From: Desulfobacterales bacterium
GTDB lineage: Bacteria > Desulfobacterota > Desulfobacteria > Desulfobacterales > C00003060
Direction of reading: 5' to 3'
Assembly (NCBI GenBank): GCA_013375395.1
Contig: JABXJW010000001.1
Location: forward strand, 1 to 63,283
Length of the DNA stretch: 63,283 nucleotides
A program made the translations under genes and the position numbers. The notes beneath the pieces are model-generated. The model made no database searches. It saw nothing but the letters and a program-made list of their open reading frames with translations, and was not told the origin of the DNA. This document shows, in pieces, positions 59,627 to 63,283 of the stretch (positions are counted from its first letter, which is position 1; every line of letters starts with the position of its first letter).

Positions 59627-60092
59627 TATGCACGTACTTGACCTTGGACCTGAAAGGATTAACCGTCAAGACCGGCACAGCGGCGTTTTTGATCACGTGT
59701 TCCGCCACGCTGCCCATTAAGGTTCGCTCCAGTCCCGTTCTGCCGTGAGTCCCCATGACAATCAGGTCAACATCCTGTTCCTCGGCAAATCTGACAATTT
59801 CCTGTCTGGGATCGCCGACAACCACTTTTTGCTCGTAATTCGCAAAATCGCTCAGGTACTTGTCGCAAAATGCCTGCATCTTGTCTTCTCCTGCCCTGGC
59901 AACCCGGGCAACCGTATTGGTGAGCAGGTCGGACTCAACATTGATTGTTGCCAGGTAAGAGATGTCTCTTGCAACGAAGAGAAGATGGAGTTTTGAATCC
60001 AATTTTCGAGCTATTTGCGCTACGTAGGGAAAGATACTTTCCGAACATTCTGAAAAATCTACAGGAAACAGTATTCTCCTGATCGCTTTCAT
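59622..60092 (-). CDS. universal stress protein
   Basis: 156 aa. ILFPVDFSE...DLIVMGTHGRTGL...GSVAEHVIKNAAVPVLTV. Confidence 0.85.
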   Translation of the reverse strand: MKAIRRILFPVDFSECSESIFPYVAQIARKLDSKLHLLFVARDISYLATINVESDLLTNTVARVARAGEDKMQAFCDKYLSDFANYEQKVVVGDPRQEIVRFAEEQDVDLIVMGTHGRTGLERTLMGSVAEHVIKNAAVPVLTVNPFRSKVKYVHT

Positions 60093-60119
60093 GATGATCC
60101 CCCTGTTCCATCTTGTTGC

Positions 60120-60446
60120 CTATTCGGTTTTGAGCACCTCAATGATGTGCCCCTTCTCGGTTGCCCTCCATTTCACTGCGACTCGATCTCCCACCACGAA
60201 ATCCGACAAACCGGCCGGTTGCCCACCCCTTTCCAAAACAGCGTCTTTAGAGAGTGGCCCGCCTACCGTAAACATTCTTCCTTTCAAAGGCACTTCGATG
60301 ACTACCGTGTCATGTGCCGGCTCAATAGCCGATATCTCCCCCCTCATTCGGTACATCTTTTCGCCCCCGGCGCTTGCGTGGCCAAACAAATACATGATCA
60401 AAACCACGGCCAGGAAGCTCACTATGAGACACCTTGACCTTTTCAT
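60120..60446 (-). CDS. small secreted protein
   Basis: AGGAGG lies upstream of ATG 60446. Signal peptide MKRSRCLIVSFLAVVLIMYLFGHASA. About 108 aa. Confidence 0.6.
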   Translation of the reverse strand: MKRSRCLIVSFLAVVLIMYLFGHASAGGEKMYRMRGEISAIEPAHDTVVIEVPLKGRMFTVGGPLSKDAVLERGGQPAGLSDFVVGDRVAVKWRATEKGHIIEVLKTE

Positions 60447-60551
60447 GGCATACCTCCTGATTGACAGCGTTTGCCGAGATCGTATTTGTCGTCGGATCTC
60501 GGAATTTTGTTTTTGCAAGGCTTCACCGGTGCAGATGAGAAATTGCCGGCC

Positions 60552-61001
60552 CTAAACCTTATAAGGATTAATGGTCAACACGGGCACCGCTGCTTTCTTC
60601 ACCACATTCTCCGCCACGCTGCCAAAAATGACATGCTCCAATCCTTTGCGCCCGTGTGTCCCTATGACCACCAGATCGATATCTTCAGACTCAATGGTTT
60701 TTAGAATCTCGGTGGCCGGGTCTCCGGAGACGATCCTTTTTTCAAGCCTGGGATGGCCCGGGAATTGTTCCTCGCAAATCCTTTCCAATACTTTAGCAGC
60801 CCCTTCTATGGCTTCCTTTTGAAACACATCCATGGAAGCATGAGGAATGTACGCCTTGCCCCACTTCTGAAGATCGTGAACCACATGCAGTACGCAGATT
60901 TCACTCTTGTACGACTCGGAAAACGAAAGTACATAAGGGACGATTTTTGACGTGTTTTCCGACATATCACAAGGAAAAAGAATCTTCTTGATTTCCGTCA
61001 T
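60552..61001 (-). CDS. universal stress protein
   Basis: 149 aa. ILFPCDMSE...DLVVIGTHGRKGL...GSVAENVVKKAAVPVLTI. Confidence 0.85.
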   Translation of the reverse strand: MTEIKKILFPCDMSENTSKIVPYVLSFSESYKSEICVLHVVHDLQKWGKAYIPHASMDVFQKEAIEGAAKVLERICEEQFPGHPRLEKRIVSGDPATEILKTIESEDIDLVVIGTHGRKGLEHVIFGSVAENVVKKAAVPVLTINPYKV

Positions 61002-61067
61002 CGCCTACACCTCCTTTTCGCCTAGGGTATCATTTTAGCCTTTAGGGATTGATGAATTCACCAGTCC

Positions 61068-61508
61068 TCAATTCACAATTCCTGAATTCTCCGCCTCAAG
61101 CCGATCCTGATTGGGCTTCTTCTTAATGCGTTGCGGGTACCACTTCAACAGCACGTCCGAGACCACTTGCTTGAAGGCGTCAATATTGTTTCCCTTTTTT
61201 TCCACAAAGGCTGCCGCCTTCTGTACGGTCGGATGGTTTGCATACTCGGCAAGGAGTGTATGGACCACGACCGGCACAGGAGGTTTGCTGTCCTGGAGCT
61301 GCTCCAAGATTGCAAGCCCGCTCACGTGCGGTATATCCAGGTCTAATATGAGAAGATCCGGAGGGTCGTCAGCATTGGTCATCATCACGACTTCACGTCC
61401 GTTCCTGGCCACCTGCACCCGGTAACCCTCTCCTGCAAGCTCCCGCCGCAGAAACTCTCGAACATGCGGATTGCGATCCGCGATCAAGATGTTGAATGTA
61501 TCTGTCAC
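61068..61508 (-). CDS. single-domain response regulator (receiver only)
   Basis: 146 aa. ILIADRN...DLLILDLDIP...VVVHT. Confidence 0.8.
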   Translation of the reverse strand: MTDTFNILIADRNPHVREFLRRELAGEGYRVQVARNGREVVMMTNADDPPDLLILDLDIPHVSGLAILEQLQDSKPPVPVVVHTLLAEYANHPTVQKAAAFVEKKGNNIDAFKQVVSDVLLKWYPQRIKKKPNQDRLEAENSGIVN

Positions 61509-61875
61509 AGCACTTCTCCTTCAAGCGGTTTACGACTGTCATGAGCAACGAGCATGCCAGGACAAAATGGGCAGGGGGATTGGACCAAGAGGCTGAAATC
61601 AAACAATAATGCCGGAGCACAATGCGGCTTTTGCCCGAGCCGCGAAAGAAAGCTTGTCAGCGTTTTTTACACATTGTAAAACCGTGGTTAGGCCCTTGAG
61701 CTGTTTTTCGGGAAATGTATTATCGGATTTGCTCGGCCAACAACCTGTTGACAAATGCAGGGCATCTAAATAGGCTCAAACAGGCTGTCCGCCAAACAGC
61801 CGTACATTTGTTGGCTGAGAAGCACAATTTGACGTAAACAATATTATGCTCTCCTTAATAACATTGGCAGGAAAG

Positions 61876-62145
61876 TAGGTAGTTTCCATCCAGAAATGGC
61901 CCTTTTCCGCAATCTCGGCGTCAATCTGCGGAATTGCTTGTGCGACGTACCAATGTACGCCTCCGCGCAAGCCCTTGATTTAACTCGGGGCATCCATGCC
62001 CCTCGCCCTTGCGGGCAGCCTGATGGCTGTCCAATTCCGCAGTCCTGCGGAATTGTCCTTGACCTTGCGAAAAATTGCTCATTTCTGAATTGGAAACCTA
62101 CGCTAGTGCCAATTGTCTAAAGATTCATTTATGGATGGGCACTAG
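61876..62145 (-). mobile_element. MITE family C, copy R (270 bp, carries an extra internal segment of about 77 bp)
   Basis: Reverse complement of copy L, with an insertion between ...cccttgattt and tccttgaccttgcg. Confidence 0.7.
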
Positions 62146-62235
62146 GTAGGACGGTATTCGGCAATGCCTCAGTTATAGAGAGTCTTGAAAAGGAGTTTTT
62201 CAACGCCCTCTTATGATGGGCAAATCGATCGACTA

Positions 62236-63283
62236 ATGTGGAAACGAATTAGCCTGCGCGTCCGCCTGTTCTTGATCCTGGCCGCTCTGGTTTTAATCAC
62301 GTTGGCGGGCGGCTCTGTCATGATGTGGTATACTTATCAAATGGACTGCCTTGTGGAAGGGCTCATCGAGATGGATCTGGCTACGCTCCAGGCAGCCGAA
62401 GCCCTGGAGAACGCCCTGGTGAACCAGAAGGGGTTTGTCTCCTATTACTTTCTGGACGGCAACCCGGACTGGCTCAAAAAATTGGGAAAGTATCGCGAGA
62501 AATTCGACATGCAACTGAAAAAGGTGCGGCAACTCGCTCACACCGCAACCGAGAGGGAGGCCATCGATCAAATCGAATCCGAATATGCTGAGTATATAAG
62601 AAACAAAGACCAAGTAATCTCCCTCTACATGGCCGGACAGCGAGAAGTCGGCAGCAAGCTCCATTGGGGGGTTCGCAGCCATTTTTTTAAGATCCGCGAG
62701 TTGTGCGAGGAGTACAAGGACGCTTATGCCAGAAGGATCAATCTCGCCCGTGTCAAGACTCACACCCAGACCAAGCGGCTCAGGCTTATTGCAGGCACAG
62801 CCATATGGACGGCAATTGTGCTTTATGCACTTTTGGCCGTGGTCCTGGTGACCCAGATCCTGAACCCGCTTCGTAGGCTGGCATTGGAAGGAGATGGGAC
62901 CGGAGGCCCGGTCGAATCAGGAAATGAGGTCAGCGCGGTAAGGCGCCGGGTTCGCAGCCTCATAGAAGACGTGGATCAAGCAAGAAGCCAGCTTGAGCGG
63001 AGCCAGGAGCATCTCTTGCAATCTGAAAAGCTGGCGATGATCGGCAAGCTTGCGGCAGGGATGGCTCATAGCATCAGAAATCCTTTGACATCGGTGAAGA
63101 TGCGGCTGTTTTCCATGGGACGGGGACCGGATCTATCTGCAACCCGGAAAGAGGACTTGCGCGTAATCTCCGAGGAGGTCCGCCATCTTGACAACATCGT
63201 TCAGAATTTCCTCGAGTTTTCCCGCCCCCCAAAGCTGAAGATGCAAGAAGTGAGTCCCTCGGACGTGGTGGACATGGCCCTTC
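62236..63283 (+). CDS. sensor histidine kinase, 5' partial (runs off the window)
   Basis: My own translation gives MWKRISLRVRLFLILAALVLITLAGG...(second TM)...EKLAMIGKLAAGMAHSIRNPLTS (H-box). No stop before 63283. The ORF is absent from the track because it is open-ended. Confidence 0.8.
   Translation, partial: MWKRISLRVRLFLILAALVLITLAGGSVMMWYTYQMDCLVEGLIEMDLATLQAAEALENALVNQKGFVSYYFLDGNPDWLKKLGKYREKFDMQLKKVRQLAHTATEREAIDQIESEYAEYIRNKDQVISLYMAGQREVGSKLHWGVRSHFFKIRELCEEYKDAYARRINLARVKTHTQTKRLRLIAGTAIWTAIVLYALLAVVLVTQILNPLRRLALEGDGTGGPVESGNEVSAVRRRVRSLIEDVDQARSQLERSQEHLLQSEKLAMIGKLAAGMAHSIRNPLTSVKMRLFSMGRGPDLSATRKEDLRVISEEVRHLDNIVQNFLEFSRPPKLKMQEVSPSDVVDMAL

Noticed and set aside
1-63283. CRISPR arrays, tRNA genes and rRNA genes.
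   Set aside because: No regularly spaced short direct repeats and no cloverleaf-like or rRNA-like segments were recognised in intergenic regions. This was a by-eye scan only, so tRNAscan-SE and Infernal should confirm it.

Overview
This 63.3-kb chromosomal window looks like it comes from a sulfate-reducer-type deltaproteobacterium (Desulfobacterota). That assignment is inferred from gene content and intergenic repeat families and cannot be checked here. Most of the window is housekeeping: Fe-S oxidoreductase subunits, hypA, ppiD, an aconitase, a hybrid histidine kinase, a Ski2/HelY-like helicase, dtd, an M18 aminopeptidase, hsp20-lon, a carboxyltransferase operon, rlpA, IHF/HU, gmhB, larB, ilvE, a UDPGP-type uridylyltransferase, and a large lipA-lipB-gcvPB-gcvPA-gcvH / gcvT cluster. 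Accessory or decayed patches lie at about 2.45-11.7 kb, 31.4-33.9 kb and 57.8-58.4 kb, and at 59.4-62.1 kb (a USP/response-regulator cassette bracketed by inverted MITE copies). The first patch holds MITEs, a restriction-gene fragment, an orphan flgE, a truncated AOR gene and co-directional orphan ORFs separated by attC-like palindromes. The second holds an orphan ORF, a DUF234 pseudogene and vapBC. The points most worth follow-up are an integron-like cassette remnant with no integrase in the window, a GcvT-SHMT fusion protein, a homocitrate/Re-citrate-synthase-like enzyme fused to a Cache-like domain in a biotin/carboxyltransferase operon, an EHD-like dynamin ATPase paired with the helicase, and several MITE/REP families. 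No rRNA, tRNA or CRISPR array was recognised. All homology calls come from motif recognition by eye, not database searches.
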